A DNA stretch of 64,000 nucleotides from an uncultured Pelagibacteraceae bacterium (GTDB lineage: Bacteria; Pseudomonadota; Alphaproteobacteria; Pelagibacterales; Pelagibacteraceae). The stretch is from assembly GCA_902626245.1 (NCBI GenBank), contig CACOED010000002.1, positions 11,998 through 75,997 on the forward strand. Direction: 5' to 3'. The translations under genes were made by a program, and so were the position numbers. Within the stretch, counting starts at the first letter, position 1, and every line of letters begins with the position of its first letter. The notes under the pieces are model-generated. The model saw nothing but the letters and a program-made list of their open reading frames with translations, did not search any database and was not told the origin of the DNA. Positions 31,322 to 41,901 of the stretch are shown piece after piece.

Positions 31322-31894
31322 ATGATTAAAGCTATTCTATTAGCCGCAGGGAAATCTAAAAGGCTTAGAAGTGAAAATAAATTAATTAAAAAGTTTAAAA
31401 AAAAAGCTTTAATTAATCATTCACTGCTAGCATTACTTAAGAGTAAAGTAGATAAAATTATCATTGTACTCGGCTATCAGAATAAAGAAGTAAGAAAAGT
31501 GATTAAGAAAAATAAAAAAAATATTTTTACATTAAACAAAAATTTTAAATTAGGAATGTCATCTTCAATTAATACTGGGTTAAAAAAAATTTCAGAAAAG
31601 GATAAAGGGTTTATAATTGTACAATCTGATATGCCATTTATAAAGACTTCTGATATTAATAAAATCTATAACTCAATATCTAAAAAAAGATATTTAGTTC
31701 ACGCGTTAAAATTTAAAAATAAAATTGGTAATCCAATTGGTTTTGATAGCTCAGTTTTAACTAAATTTAAAAAAATGAAAGGTGATGTTGGTGCCAAGTT
31801 TATGGTCAAAAGATTAAAAAGAAATACTAATTTTATAAAAGTTTTAAATAAAAGAGTTTTTAAAGATTTAGATTTAAGAAAAGATTTTAATTAG
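31322..31894 (+). CDS. MobA-like nucleotidyltransferase, probably Moco cytidylyltransferase (MocA-like)
   Basis: LAAGKSKR..NKL, GMSSS, DMP, GNP, GDVGA; next to a xanthine-oxidase-family enzyme. Confidence 0.8.
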   Translation: MIKAILLAAGKSKRLRSENKLIKKFKKKALINHSLLALLKSKVDKIIIVLGYQNKEVRKVIKKNKKNIFTLNKNFKLGMSSSINTGLKKISEKDKGFIIVQSDMPFIKTSDINKIYNSISKKRYLVHALKFKNKIGNPIGFDSSVLTKFKKMKGDVGAKFMVKRLKRNTNFIKVLNKRVFKDLDLRKDFN

Positions 31895-32333
31895 CTTGTA
31901 TAGGATTTCCTTTTAACCATTCACTTTCCTCATTTTCATAATGTTCTTTTTTCCAAATTGGAGATCTTTTTTTAATTTCTTCGATTATATATCTAGAAAG
32001 AATATATGTCTCTGCTCTATGAGGACAAGCAACTGCAATTATAATACTTATTTCTCCCAATCCCAAATATCCCTTTACATGTTCTATATAAACTGCTTTT
32101 TTCTTAATTTTTAATTTTTGGTCAACCTCATTATAAATTTCCTCAAAACTTTTAATAACCATCGCATCGTGACTATCATATGTAATTCCTATTACTTTTT
32201 TATTTTCATTAGTTTCTCTAACAGTTCCTCTAAAAATTAAAGAAGCGCCAAATTTAGATGAGGATATAAATTTTTCAGCTTTATCAACTTCTATTTTTTC
32301 TTTTTTAATATCTATTATTTTTGCATGAAACAT
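31887..32333 (-). CDS. moaE: Molybdopterin synthase catalytic subunit
   Basis: GA..FRGTVR, HR, IKKRSPIWKKEHY. Confidence 0.93.
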   Translation of the reverse strand: MFHAKIIDIKKEKIEVDKAEKFISSSKFGASLIFRGTVRETNENKKVIGITYDSHDAMVIKSFEEIYNEVDQKLKIKKKAVYIEHVKGYLGLGEISIIIAVACPHRAETYILSRYIIEEIKKRSPIWKKEHYENEESEWLKGNPIQAN

Positions 32334-32602
32334 TAACCACCTCCAATAGGGGGAATAATTCCAATTTTTTGATCTTTCGTAATTTTGTAATTTTCGGAAA
32401 TAATATTATTATCTTCTGAACAGAAAGCTGAAGTTTCAATTATTTTTTTAAAATTTTCATTTCCTTTAAATTTTTCATCTACATAATTAATTATTTTTTT
32501 CTTTAAATCTTTAATTGAAATCTTTTTTTCGATATTAAATTCTAAAAAATCTTTATCACTCAAATCTCTACTTGCGCCAAAAAGCTCGAGTTTAACTTTC
32601 AT
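32333..32602 (-). CDS. moaD: Molybdopterin synthase sulfur carrier
   Basis: Ubiquitin-like, ends IIPPIGGG; lies between moaC and moaE. Confidence 0.9.
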   Translation of the reverse strand: MKVKLELFGASRDLSDKDFLEFNIEKKISIKDLKKKIINYVDEKFKGNENFKKIIETSAFCSEDNNIISENYKITKDQKIGIIPPIGGG

Positions 32603-32603
32603 G

Positions 32604-33149
32604 TTAAAAGATATTTTCTAAAAATTTAGGAAGTCCATCTGGATTTTTCCATAATCCACTCTTGCCACCTTCTTTAATTAATAATTTAACATTATCAATT
32701 TTTAAATGTGGATTTACAATTTTACTCAAGTCATAAATAGTAATTAGTGCAGCATTTACTCCCATAATTGCTTCCATCTCTACACCTGTTTTTGCAACTG
32801 CTGAAACAACGCAAAATACTTCTAAAGAAGAGTCTTCTTCATTCATGATAATTTTTGTTGCAGTATGATCTATTGGCAAAGGATGACACAAAGGAATTAA
32901 TTCACTTGTTTTTTTTACACCTAACAAAGCCGAAACTTCTGCTAAAGTTATAGGATCTCCTTTAGGCATTTCTTTATTTTTAATCATATTAAAAACTTCA
33001 TTACCAACATAAATTTTTCCAGATGCAAGAGCTCTTCTAAATGTTTTCTTTTTTGAAGAAACATCAACCATATTAAATGAATTTTTTTTAAAAATTTCTT
33101 TTGCCCAATCTTTCAATTCATCTTGATTTACTATTTTTAATTTTGTCAA
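32604..33149 (-). CDS. moaC: cPMP synthase
   Basis: MVDVS.K, KKTSELIPLCHPL, TGVEMEA, KEGGKSG; TTG start. Confidence 0.94.
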   Translation of the reverse strand: MTKLKIVNQDELKDWAKEIFKKNSFNMVDVSSKKKTFRRALASGKIYVGNEVFNMIKNKEMPKGDPITLAEVSALLGVKKTSELIPLCHPLPIDHTATKIIMNEEDSSLEVFCVVSAVAKTGVEMEAIMGVNAALITIYDLSKIVNPHLKIDNVKLLIKEGGKSGLWKNPDGLPKFLENIF

Positions 33150-34136
33150 TTATCCTCCTGTTTTAGATAAATTCTTAGTTGAGCCTGTATCTCCAAGTTC
33201 TAAATAATGAGATTCTTTTTTAAACTGCATTTGTTTTAGTATAAGATCTTTTAACTCGTTAAGTTGATCGTCTTTTTGTAATAAATGTCTTACACTTATT
33301 CCAGTATTTCCAAATAAACAAAGTCTCAAATCTCCTCTAGAAGTAATCCTTAAACGATTACAAGTTTTACAAAAGTCTTTTGAATAAGGAGCAATTATTC
33401 CAAATTTACCTTTGTATTCAGGGTTTATATAATTAAGAGAAGGACCAGCGTCTTTTCCTAAAGTTTGATAAATCCAATTATTTTCATTTAAATAATTCTT
33501 AAAAATTTTAGATGAAGCATGATATTTTTTAAAATATTCTAAATTATCACCAGTTTGCATTAGTTCTATATATCTAAAATCTACTTTATTATTTTGAATA
33601 AACTTTGACCATGTATCAAAATCTTTTTTTGATGAATTAATTCCTTTTAGTAGAACAGCATTAATTTTAATATTTTCAAATCCTAAATCTTGTAAATTTT
33701 TAATTCCTTCTAAAATTTCTGGTAATCTATCATGTCCAGTAACATTTTTAAAAGTTTCACGATCAAGACTATCTATACTTATGTTTATTCCATTTAAACC
33801 ACTATCAACTAATAGTTTTGCTTTTTTATCTAAATGATAGCCATTTGTTGTAATTACAACTTTATTTATTCCTGCATCGTTTTTTAAAACTTTTATTATT
33901 TCAAAAAAATCTTTCCTTACAGTTGGCTCTCCACCTGTAATTCTAATTTTATTAACTCCAAATTCAGAGAAGCATTTTGCAAGACGTTTTATTTCATCAA
34001 GATGAAGAAATTTTCTATTATCACTTTTATCGACCTGGTAGCCATTTGGTAAACAATAACCACATTTAAAATTACAAATATCTGTAATTGACATTCTAAT
34101 ATATGGAAATGTTCTACCAAAACTATCTTTAAGCAT
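33150..34136 (-). CDS. moaA: GTP 3',8-cyclase (radical SAM)
   Basis: CNFKCGYC, TGGEP, FCKTCNRLR..CLF, C-terminal GG. Confidence 0.96.
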   Translation of the reverse strand: MLKDSFGRTFPYIRMSITDICNFKCGYCLPNGYQVDKSDNRKFLHLDEIKRLAKCFSEFGVNKIRITGGEPTVRKDFFEIIKVLKNDAGINKVVITTNGYHLDKKAKLLVDSGLNGINISIDSLDRETFKNVTGHDRLPEILEGIKNLQDLGFENIKINAVLLKGINSSKKDFDTWSKFIQNNKVDFRYIELMQTGDNLEYFKKYHASSKIFKNYLNENNWIYQTLGKDAGPSLNYINPEYKGKFGIIAPYSKDFCKTCNRLRITSRGDLRLCLFGNTGISVRHLLQKDDQLNELKDLILKQMQFKKESHYLELGDTGSTKNLSKTGG

Positions 34137-34186
34137 TTTTATTTATTTTTTTTTAATTTAAGTTATCATAATTATTAAATTATATC

Positions 34187-35023
34187 ATGACCAAAATTCT
34201 TACCAATGAGGAGATAAATCAGTTCAAAAAAGATGGAGCAGTATTTTTAAAAGGAAAATTTGATATTAGTTGGATAAAAAAACTTCAGATAGGAATAGAA
34301 AAAGATATAAAAAATCCTAGTCCAAGATTTAAATCTCATACTTTAGAAAAAGGTGTTCCTGCTTATTTAGAAGATTATTGGACTTGGCATTTAGTGGCTG
34401 AATTTAAAGATTTTGTGTTCAATTCACCTTATGCAAAAATAGCATCAGAGCTGATGTCGGCAAAAAAAATAAATCTTGTTATGGATAATTGGTTTTTAAG
34501 AGAAGGTGGATCAAAATCAAAAACTCCTTTTCATCATGATGTTAGCTATTTTGATATGGAAGGTACAATGTGTGTACTTTGGTTACCACTTCAACCAAGC
34601 AAAAAAGAAGAAGGAGTTGCTTGGGTAAAAGGATCACATTTATGGAATAAACTTTTTTTAAGGGTTCTTTTTAAAGATGGTCACAAAATAGAAGGTAATG
34701 AATGTGTCATTAATGGAAAAAAATATGAAACACCTCCTGATATTTTAGGAAATAAAAATAAATACGAATTTTTAAATTGGGACTGTGATTTGGGAGATTG
34801 TGTAATTTTTGACATGAGGACACTTCATGGTACTCTTAGTCCATCCATTCCTGAAAAAACATTGAGCCGTTATACTTTACGAGTCGCAAAAGAAGACGTA
34901 AAGATAAGCTATATTGGAGACTGGACTAGCTATAACTATAGAAAATCTATGCAAGATGCAGGATACAAAAATGGTGATCCCCTAGGCGGGAAAATGTTTC
35001 CAACCTTATATGAAAATAAATAA
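34187..35023 (+). CDS. Phytanoyl-CoA dioxygenase (PhyH) family Fe(II)/2OG enzyme
   Basis: TPFHHD, WLPL, GSH, GD..FDMRTLHG. Confidence 0.85.
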   Translation: MTKILTNEEINQFKKDGAVFLKGKFDISWIKKLQIGIEKDIKNPSPRFKSHTLEKGVPAYLEDYWTWHLVAEFKDFVFNSPYAKIASELMSAKKINLVMDNWFLREGGSKSKTPFHHDVSYFDMEGTMCVLWLPLQPSKKEEGVAWVKGSHLWNKLFLRVLFKDGHKIEGNECVINGKKYETPPDILGNKNKYEFLNWDCDLGDCVIFDMRTLHGTLSPSIPEKTLSRYTLRVAKEDVKISYIGDWTSYNYRKSMQDAGYKNGDPLGGKMFPTLYENK

Positions 35024-35053
35024 CTTTTAGCTCTTAATTTTAAGTTAAATTAT

Positions 35054-35377
35054 TTATTTACCTGGACCCTTATAAGCTCCAGCTATTTTTGCTGCGTTTT
35101 CTGCAACTTCATTAATATTAATTGCTTCACAAACTGTAATATCACAAAGTGCTCCACTTGCTTCTGTTGCCATTTTAACACCAGCGCCTTGAGCAAAGGT
35201 TCCCTCAAATACTGCTAAGAAATCATAAGAACCTCTTAGGCCAGTATATGAAACTAATTTAGCTCCAACAGCTTCAGCCGCAACTCGAGCAGCTTGTGAT
35301 CTATCAGATTTTGGATCTTTGCAAAAACCTTGAAATCCCTGAGCAGTATATCTGCCCAAAGCATAAAATGTTGCCAT
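35054..35377 (-). CDS. GYD-domain protein
   Basis: YTAQG..G, DR..AA..AEAVG, GSYD; strong SD. Confidence 0.8.
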   Translation of the reverse strand: MATFYALGRYTAQGFQGFCKDPKSDRSQAARVAAEAVGAKLVSYTGLRGSYDFLAVFEGTFAQGAGVKMATEASGALCDITVCEAININEVAENAAKIAGAYKGPGK

Positions 35378-35469
35378 ATTTACTCCTTTCTTAAAAAAGA
35401 TTATAACACTTAAGTTTTAAAAATTATTAAATTAAAAATTAAATACACAACTTAAAAGAGAACAGATTT

Positions 35470-36912
35470 ATGTACGAAAAATTTGGTCAATTTATTGATG
35501 GCAAGTGGCAACAATCATCTGACAACTCAACTTATGAAGTTATTAATCCAGCTAATGAAGAAATTATAGGTCATGCATCAAAAGCAACACCAGTTGATGT
35601 TGATAAAGCATTAAAATCTGCCGCGAAAGGTTTGGAAGTTTGGAAACAAACTCCACCATGGCAGAGATCATACATCATAAGAAAAATAGCAGATAAGATG
35701 AGAGAAAAACAAGATGTCTTAGCTAAATGGATGACACTCGAAGTAGGAAAACCGTTTGCGGAAGCTAAAGGTGAGGTTGGTGGAGCGGCAGATATTTTTG
35801 AATGGAATGCTGAAGAAACAAAAAGAATCTACGGACAAACTGTTGAAAGTAGATTTGTAGATACAAGAGTGCATGTTTATTATCAGCCAATAGGAGTTGT
35901 TGCAGCCCTAACACCTTGGAATTTTCCACTAGTTTTATCTTCAAGAAAAATTTCAACAGCTTTAGCAGCAGGATGCTCGGTAATAGTTAAGCCTGATGTT
36001 ATAACTCCAGGTACAGTGATGGAGCTTATTGATATATGTAGAGAATGTGGAGTTCCCACAGGAGTAGTAAATTTATTATCAGGAGATCCCCCAAGCATTG
36101 CACAGCAGTTAATTTCATCAGATATAATTAAAAAAATTTCAGTAACTGGCTCAACAAGAGTTGGAAAATTAATTCTCAAACAGGCTGCTGACAAAGTTCA
36201 AAGAGTCACTATGGAATTAAGTGGTCACTCTCCATTCATAGTTTTTGATGATGCAAACATAGAAAAGGCTACAGACATGGCAATTTCTGCAAAGTATAGA
36301 AACAACGGACAGGTTTGTATTTCGCCAAATAGATTTTATATCCAAGAAAGTAAAAAAGATGAATTTATAAATTTATTTGTTAAAAAAACAAAAAAATTAA
36401 AAATAGGTGATGGGATGGATCCAAGTGTTCAACTTGGTCCTTTAACAACAAAAAAAAGATTAAATGAAGTAGAAGAATTAGTTGAAACAACAAAAAAAGA
36501 AGGTGCAAAAGTATTATTAGGTGGAAAAAGACCTTCTGGATTTAACAAAGGTTTTTATTATGAACCAACAATTTTTGATAATGTGAAAGATAATTTTACA
36601 ATTATGAAAGTTGAGCCATTCGGTCCACTGGTACCAATTTTATCTTTTAAATCATTTGATGAGGTAATTGAAAGAGCAAACAATAATGATTTAGGCCTTA
36701 GTAGTTACATATGTACAAATTCAATGGAACAAGCTCATAGAGCATCAGAACTAATGGAAACAGGTACCGTGGCAGTTAATACTCCTCTAGTAGCTATAGC
36801 AGAAGCACCATTTGGAGGAATAAAACAAACCGGATATGGAAGAGAAGGTGGTTCTATGGCAATCAAAGATTATTTAAATGTTAAATATACTCATCTAGGA
36901 ATTAAAGGTTAG
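35470..36912 (+). CDS. NAD(P)-dependent aldehyde dehydrogenase (SSADH/KGSADH-like)
   Basis: PWNFP, TGST, MELSGHSP, GQVC, EPFGP, PFGGIKQTG.GREG. Confidence 0.88.
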   Translation: MYEKFGQFIDGKWQQSSDNSTYEVINPANEEIIGHASKATPVDVDKALKSAAKGLEVWKQTPPWQRSYIIRKIADKMREKQDVLAKWMTLEVGKPFAEAKGEVGGAADIFEWNAEETKRIYGQTVESRFVDTRVHVYYQPIGVVAALTPWNFPLVLSSRKISTALAAGCSVIVKPDVITPGTVMELIDICRECGVPTGVVNLLSGDPPSIAQQLISSDIIKKISVTGSTRVGKLILKQAADKVQRVTMELSGHSPFIVFDDANIEKATDMAISAKYRNNGQVCISPNRFYIQESKKDEFINLFVKKTKKLKIGDGMDPSVQLGPLTTKKRLNEVEELVETTKKEGAKVLLGGKRPSGFNKGFYYEPTIFDNVKDNFTIMKVEPFGPLVPILSFKSFDEVIERANNNDLGLSSYICTNSMEQAHRASELMETGTVAVNTPLVAIAEAPFGGIKQTGYGREGGSMAIKDYLNVKYTHLGIKG

Positions 36913-37755
36913 ATGAAATTATTAAGAGTTGGTGAAAAAGGAAAAGAAAAACCAGCTATATTAGATAGTAATAATTTAATAAGAGATTTAAGTTCGATTA
37001 TAAAAGATTTTGATTCAGATAATTTAAAAATAGAAATATTTTCAAAAATAAAAAATACAAATTTAGAAACATTGCCCGAAATAAAAAACAGTGGAAGAAT
37101 TGGATCTTGTATAAATAAACCAGGAAAGTTCGTTGCAATAGGATTAAATTATTCTGATCATGCAAAAGAAACAGGTTTAAAAACTCCGACAGAACCAATA
37201 GTTTTTATGAAAGCATCAAGCAGTATTTCTGGACCAAATGATGATATAGAAATGCCAAAAGATTCTACTAAATTAGATTGGGAAGTAGAGTTAGCAATAG
37301 TTATTGGAAAAGAAGCAAAAAATATTTCTGAAGAAGAGGCATCAAATCATATATTTGGTTACTGCATTGTTAATGATGTAAGTGAAAGAGAGTGGCAAAT
37401 TGAAAAATTAGGTCAATGGGTCAAAGGTAAGTCAGGAGATACTTTTGGTCCTACAGGACCATATTTGGTAACACAAGATGAAATTCCAGATATAAATAAT
37501 TTAAATTTAGTTTTAGAGGTTAACGGAAAAAAAATGCAATCGGGTAATACAAAAAATATGATTTTTAAAACAAATTTTATTGTTTCATATTTAAGTAAGT
37601 TTATGTCTTTACAACCAGGAGATTTGATTACAACTGGAACACCTGCAGGAGTAGGAATGGGAATGAAACCACAAGTGTTTTTAAAATCAGGAGACAATAT
37701 AAAGTTGGCCATAGATCTATTAGGTGAACAAAATTCTAAAGTTGTAATTATATAA
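36913..37755 (+). CDS. Fumarylacetoacetate hydrolase family protein
   Basis: GLNYSDH, DWEVEL, NDVSER, GKS.DTF, TGTPAGVG. Confidence 0.9.
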   Translation: MKLLRVGEKGKEKPAILDSNNLIRDLSSIIKDFDSDNLKIEIFSKIKNTNLETLPEIKNSGRIGSCINKPGKFVAIGLNYSDHAKETGLKTPTEPIVFMKASSSISGPNDDIEMPKDSTKLDWEVELAIVIGKEAKNISEEEASNHIFGYCIVNDVSEREWQIEKLGQWVKGKSGDTFGPTGPYLVTQDEIPDINNLNLVLEVNGKKMQSGNTKNMIFKTNFIVSYLSKFMSLQPGDLITTGTPAGVGMGMKPQVFLKSGDNIKLAIDLLGEQNSKVVII

Positions 37756-37763
37756 AATAAATT

Positions 37764-38471
37764 ATGTTTGAATTATTTATTGCTTTTAGCGCAGGACTTA
37801 TTAGTTTTTTGTCACCATGTGTATTGCCATTAATACCAGGGTATATTTCATATGTTTCAGGTAGTTCACTTAATGAACTAATTGAGAAAAAAAATATAAA
37901 CTTAATACCAGTTATTTTATTTACTGTTGGGTTTTCCATAGTCTTTATAATTTTTGGAGCTGCATCAACTTTTTTGGGTCAATTATTACTTCAAAATTCT
38001 TTTGAATTAAGAATTGTAGCAGGAATTATTATTATTATTTTTTCACTACATATAATTGGAATTATAAATTTAAAGTTTTTAAATTATGAAAAAAGAATTC
38101 AAGCGAATACAAATAAAAATATATTTAGCCCTATAGTTATTGGAGCAGCCTTTGGTTTTGGATGGACTCCATGTATTGGTCCAATTTTAGGTTCTATTTT
38201 AGCTTTAGCAGCAACAGAAGAGAGTATTAATAAAGGAATATTACTATTATTTTTTTACTCTTTAGGTTTAGCTATTCCATTTGTTTTATCGGGATACTTA
38301 ATACAGAAGTTTTTGATATTTTCTAAAAACTTTAAAAAGAATATTAATTTAGTTTCAAAAATTGGTGGAATAATTTTACTTATCACAGGTATTTTGATAT
38401 TAACTAATCAACTACAGGCTTTGGGTTATTATATTTTAAATATCTTTCCATTTTTACAAAACTTTGGATAA
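37764..38471 (+). CDS. ccdA: CcdA-type transmembrane disulfide reductant carrier
   Basis: SFLSPCVLPLIPGY and GWTPCIGPILG; 6 TM. Confidence 0.92.
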   Translation: MFELFIAFSAGLISFLSPCVLPLIPGYISYVSGSSLNELIEKKNINLIPVILFTVGFSIVFIIFGAASTFLGQLLLQNSFELRIVAGIIIIIFSLHIIGIINLKFLNYEKRIQANTNKNIFSPIVIGAAFGFGWTPCIGPILGSILALAATEESINKGILLLFFYSLGLAIPFVLSGYLIQKFLIFSKNFKKNINLVSKIGGIILLITGILILTNQLQALGYYILNIFPFLQNFG

Positions 38472-38480
38472 AACCTTATT

Positions 38481-39062
38481 ATGAAAATTTATCAAATTGA
38501 TTGCAGTGCTAGAAAAAAAGGATCTACTTCAAGAGAGTTAGCAAATAAACTTTTAGAAAGAATTAAAAAATCAGAAGATGAAGTAATTTATAGAGATTTA
38601 GATGATGAAATGCTTTTTGTAGCTGGTCTTACAGAATCTGGAATGACTATACCTGAAAACGAAAGAACAGATCAACATAAAAAAATGTTTGAACTATCTG
38701 ACAAATTAGTAAAAGAGTTAAAAGAAAGTGACATCTTAATAATTTCAACACCAATATATAATTTTGGTCCACCAGCAACTCTTAAAGCTTGGTCTGATCT
38801 TGCAGCTAGAGTAAAATCAACTTTTAAATATTCTGAAGATGGAAAACAAATAGGACTTTTAGAGAATAAAAAAGTATATTTAGTAATTACATCGGGAGGC
38901 ACAAAAGTAGGAAGTAAAGAGGATTTTTTAACTCCTTGGTTATTACATGTATTAAATTTTTTTGGAATAAAAAATATAGAAATTATTTCAGCAGATCAAA
39001 TGTCAATTGACTATGAAGGATCGATAAAAAAAGCTGAAGATGAAATAAACAAAATAACTTAA
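38481..39062 (+). CDS. azoR: FMN-dependent NADH-azoreductase / flavodoxin-like quinone reductase
   Basis: SAR..S.SR, PIYNF..PATLKAW, TFKY, TSGG. Confidence 0.82.
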   Translation: MKIYQIDCSARKKGSTSRELANKLLERIKKSEDEVIYRDLDDEMLFVAGLTESGMTIPENERTDQHKKMFELSDKLVKELKESDILIISTPIYNFGPPATLKAWSDLAARVKSTFKYSEDGKQIGLLENKKVYLVITSGGTKVGSKEDFLTPWLLHVLNFFGIKNIEIISADQMSIDYEGSIKKAEDEINKIT

Positions 39063-39925
39063 AAACTATCTTTTTTAGGTTTTGTAAATACTATCAATAT
39101 TACACCAATAATAATTATAGCCCCACCGACAAACAATTCTTTGGTAGGTTCTTCTCCTAAAAGAAAAATTGCAGCTAATAATCCAGTAGGTGGTATACCC
39201 ATAGTGACTATAGGCAGAACTTTATATAACGGATTTCTTTTTAAAACATAATAGAAACAACCATAAGTTATCGGCTGCATAATAAATCCAAGGTAAATTG
39301 CTATAATCCAACTTTCAAAACTTGCATTTTTAAAGTAGTTGATTGTATTTCCATCAAATATTGCTGAAAGTCCTATTAATATTGGCCCAGAAAATAAACC
39401 TAACCAAGCAACAAGTGCTAGTGGATTTATCTCTTTACTTAATGGTTTAACTAAAACTTGCCCTAAAGCCCAAACAGCAGATCCAATAATAGTAAGTGAT
39501 ACACCAAGAATTTTACCATCTAAATTAGGAGATCCAGTTAAAATGTATACTCCGATAAAAGCAATAGCTATTCCTATTAAAGCCCTCACTGTTGGTTTTT
39601 CTTTAAGCATAAAGAAAGCAAACAAAACTCCAAAGGGAACTTCAGTTTGAACAAGTAAAACTGCTGCTGAAGCATCAATTAAATCTAAACCAGTATAAGT
39701 AATACTATACTGTATCGTATTTGCTATTAAAGATGCGAAAAAAATTCTTTTAAGGTAACCTTTTGGTATTGGAAACCACCAAACCAAAAGTAGTGCTACA
39801 AAGGTAAATCGCAAACCCATCAATAAGAAAGGAGGCAAATACTCCATCGCAGGTTTTGCGATAACAAAACCAAACCCTAAAAAAATTGGAACTAATGCAG
39901 CTATTAAAGAATCTTTAAGTGTCAA
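39059..39925 (-). CDS. EamA/DMT transporter
   Basis: About 10 TM; TTG start overlaps the upstream dioxygenase stop. Confidence 0.85.
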   Translation of the reverse strand: MTLKDSLIAALVPIFLGFGFVIAKPAMEYLPPFLLMGLRFTFVALLLVWWFPIPKGYLKRIFFASLIANTIQYSITYTGLDLIDASAAVLLVQTEVPFGVLFAFFMLKEKPTVRALIGIAIAFIGVYILTGSPNLDGKILGVSLTIIGSAVWALGQVLVKPLSKEINPLALVAWLGLFSGPILIGLSAIFDGNTINYFKNASFESWIIAIYLGFIMQPITYGCFYYVLKRNPLYKVLPIVTMGIPPTGLLAAIFLLGEEPTKELFVGGAIIIIGVILIVFTKPKKDSF

Positions 39926-41025
39926 AGCTTAAATTTTCTTTTTAAATGTCTTAATTTTCCCTCTGTACTGTCAAAATCAATGTAGCAACCTTGCAGAAAT
40001 CTTTTTCCTTCGTTTGGATCAAACTTAGTTCTTCCGTGTAAAACTCTGTAATTATCCATCATCATAAGATCTTTTTGAGCTAATTTAAATTCTATTCTAT
40101 TTTTTTCAGAGTTGTATAAATCAGATAATCTTTTTCTAGCTTTATAGTATAAATCTAACTTGCTTTTTTCTAACATCGGAACATAATCAAGTCTTGGACT
40201 AAATCTTACTTGCTTAAACTCTTTGTTGTCATCTAAATGAATTAATTCAGACCAATCTTCCAAAATCACACTTTTATCAGTAAATTTAAATCTAACTTTT
40301 ACTTCAGATAGAATTTTGTAAAATTCTGGATTTTCTTTTTTAAGAATTTCAGTTACTGTATATCCATCTACTAGTGTTGAAAAACCTCCCTTAACTTCAT
40401 TTTCAATACAATGTAATAGCTGAATGCAAGGTACTGGATTTCTGTATGGATTATCAGTATGTGGACTTAAAGGTAAAGTTGTATAAGCTAAATCATTTGG
40501 ATTTGATTTAGATTTAACATTGAAATGTTCTCCAAAGTTAGTTCTTCTTACGCTGCCAATTGAATTTGCAAATTTAATAATATAATTATTTTCTGTAGGG
40601 ACATTTTTTATGACAACAAATCCAAATTCATAAAATGAAACTAATAAATCATACATTTCTTTTGACTCGAAAAAGCCATCTTTATATTCAAAATTTTTTA
40701 CATTTTTTAAAGTTGAGTCCCATTTTTTTTTGGAAATTGATTTTATTACAGTATCTTTATTTGAAAATTCAGATACGAGTTTACTTATATCAAGCTTAGA
40801 GTTTACTCCATCATTAAAATCAACTTCTAGAAAACCGTTTTTTATTTGAACTTTTTTGATAATTACTTCTCCATTCATTGTTGATGGATCAAATAATCTT
40901 TGCTGCGTCCCTTTATCTACGAATTCGTCTCCAGCTACTCTTTCTCTCAACCAAAAAGGGTGAATCTCGTGAACCGATTTTCCATTATTAAATAAAACTT
41001 TATTTTCATTTAACTCAATTTTCAT
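39922..41025 (-). CDS. Gamma-butyrobetaine/trimethyllysine hydroxylase-like TauD-family dioxygenase
   Basis: N-terminal WLRE..QR domain; LAYT..L.PHTDNPY, DG, DN.RVLHGR, R.LQGCY. Confidence 0.85.
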   Translation of the reverse strand: MKIELNENKVLFNNGKSVHEIHPFWLRERVAGDEFVDKGTQQRLFDPSTMNGEVIIKKVQIKNGFLEVDFNDGVNSKLDISKLVSEFSNKDTVIKSISKKKWDSTLKNVKNFEYKDGFFESKEMYDLLVSFYEFGFVVIKNVPTENNYIIKFANSIGSVRRTNFGEHFNVKSKSNPNDLAYTTLPLSPHTDNPYRNPVPCIQLLHCIENEVKGGFSTLVDGYTVTEILKKENPEFYKILSEVKVRFKFTDKSVILEDWSELIHLDDNKEFKQVRFSPRLDYVPMLEKSKLDLYYKARKRLSDLYNSEKNRIEFKLAQKDLMMMDNYRVLHGRTKFDPNEGKRFLQGCYIDFDSTEGKLRHLKRKFKL

Positions 41026-41094
41026 AAGATTTTTTGAGGATTATTTAAAATTTAACTTTAATCAAGATAAATAAGATAGTATGTGATGATTTAT

Positions 41095-41898
41095 ATGGAT
41101 CAGTTAAGTAAAAAAGAATTCAAATATTATGCTAATTTTTTAGACCGATTAGCAAAAGATATGACAAGATTTTATAATTTAAAGCTAAACAAGCCTTTTA
41201 AACCGATGAATAAAAGCAAAGGCAAAGGTTACGATCCAGTTACTAAAGCTGATAAAGCCTTTGAAAAATTTATAAGGTCAAAAATTCAAGAAAAATTTCC
41301 TAAACATGAGATTATTGGTGAAGAATTTGGACAAAAAAAAACCAAAAGTGATTTCAAATGGGTAATTGATCCAATTGATGGAACTAGATCATTTGTAATT
41401 GGCAATCCTACTTGGAGTAATTTAATTGGATTAAATTATAAAGGAAATCCAGTAGTTGGTTTAGCAAATTTTCCAAAATTAAAAAAGTACTATTTAAACA
41501 CATCTAAAGACAAAGCTTATGTTGTTGAGAGTGGAAAAAAAAGAAAACTATCAGTAAATAAAAAAGTTAGTTTTAAAAAAATTAAAGTCGCTGGGGCATT
41601 CCATGGATGGTTATCATTAAAAAAACAAAGTAAAATACCTAAAGTTTTAAAACTTATGCAATTCCCATGCTTTGATGCATTAAGTTATGCTCATTTTTGT
41701 GAAGGTAAAATTGATATAGTTTTACAATGTCAAAATAAAATATGGGATGTACATGCATTAATTCCAATAATTTCTGCAGCAGGAGGAACAGTAACTAACT
41801 GGAAGAACGGTGATGCTAAACATGGAGGTAGTATTTTAGTTTCTGCAAATAAAATTATACATAAAAAAATGTTAAAACTTTTAAAACCAGCACTTTAA
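41095..41898 (+). CDS. Inositol monophosphatase family, probable histidinol-phosphatase (HisN-like)
   Basis: DPVTKAD, GEEFG, WVIDPIDGTRSF, WD; start uncertain (41083-41095). Confidence 0.82.
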   Translation: MDQLSKKEFKYYANFLDRLAKDMTRFYNLKLNKPFKPMNKSKGKGYDPVTKADKAFEKFIRSKIQEKFPKHEIIGEEFGQKKTKSDFKWVIDPIDGTRSFVIGNPTWSNLIGLNYKGNPVVGLANFPKLKKYYLNTSKDKAYVVESGKKRKLSVNKKVSFKKIKVAGAFHGWLSLKKQSKIPKVLKLMQFPCFDALSYAHFCEGKIDIVLQCQNKIWDVHALIPIISAAGGTVTNWKNGDAKHGGSILVSANKIIHKKMLKLLKPAL

Positions 41899-41901
41899 AA
41901 A

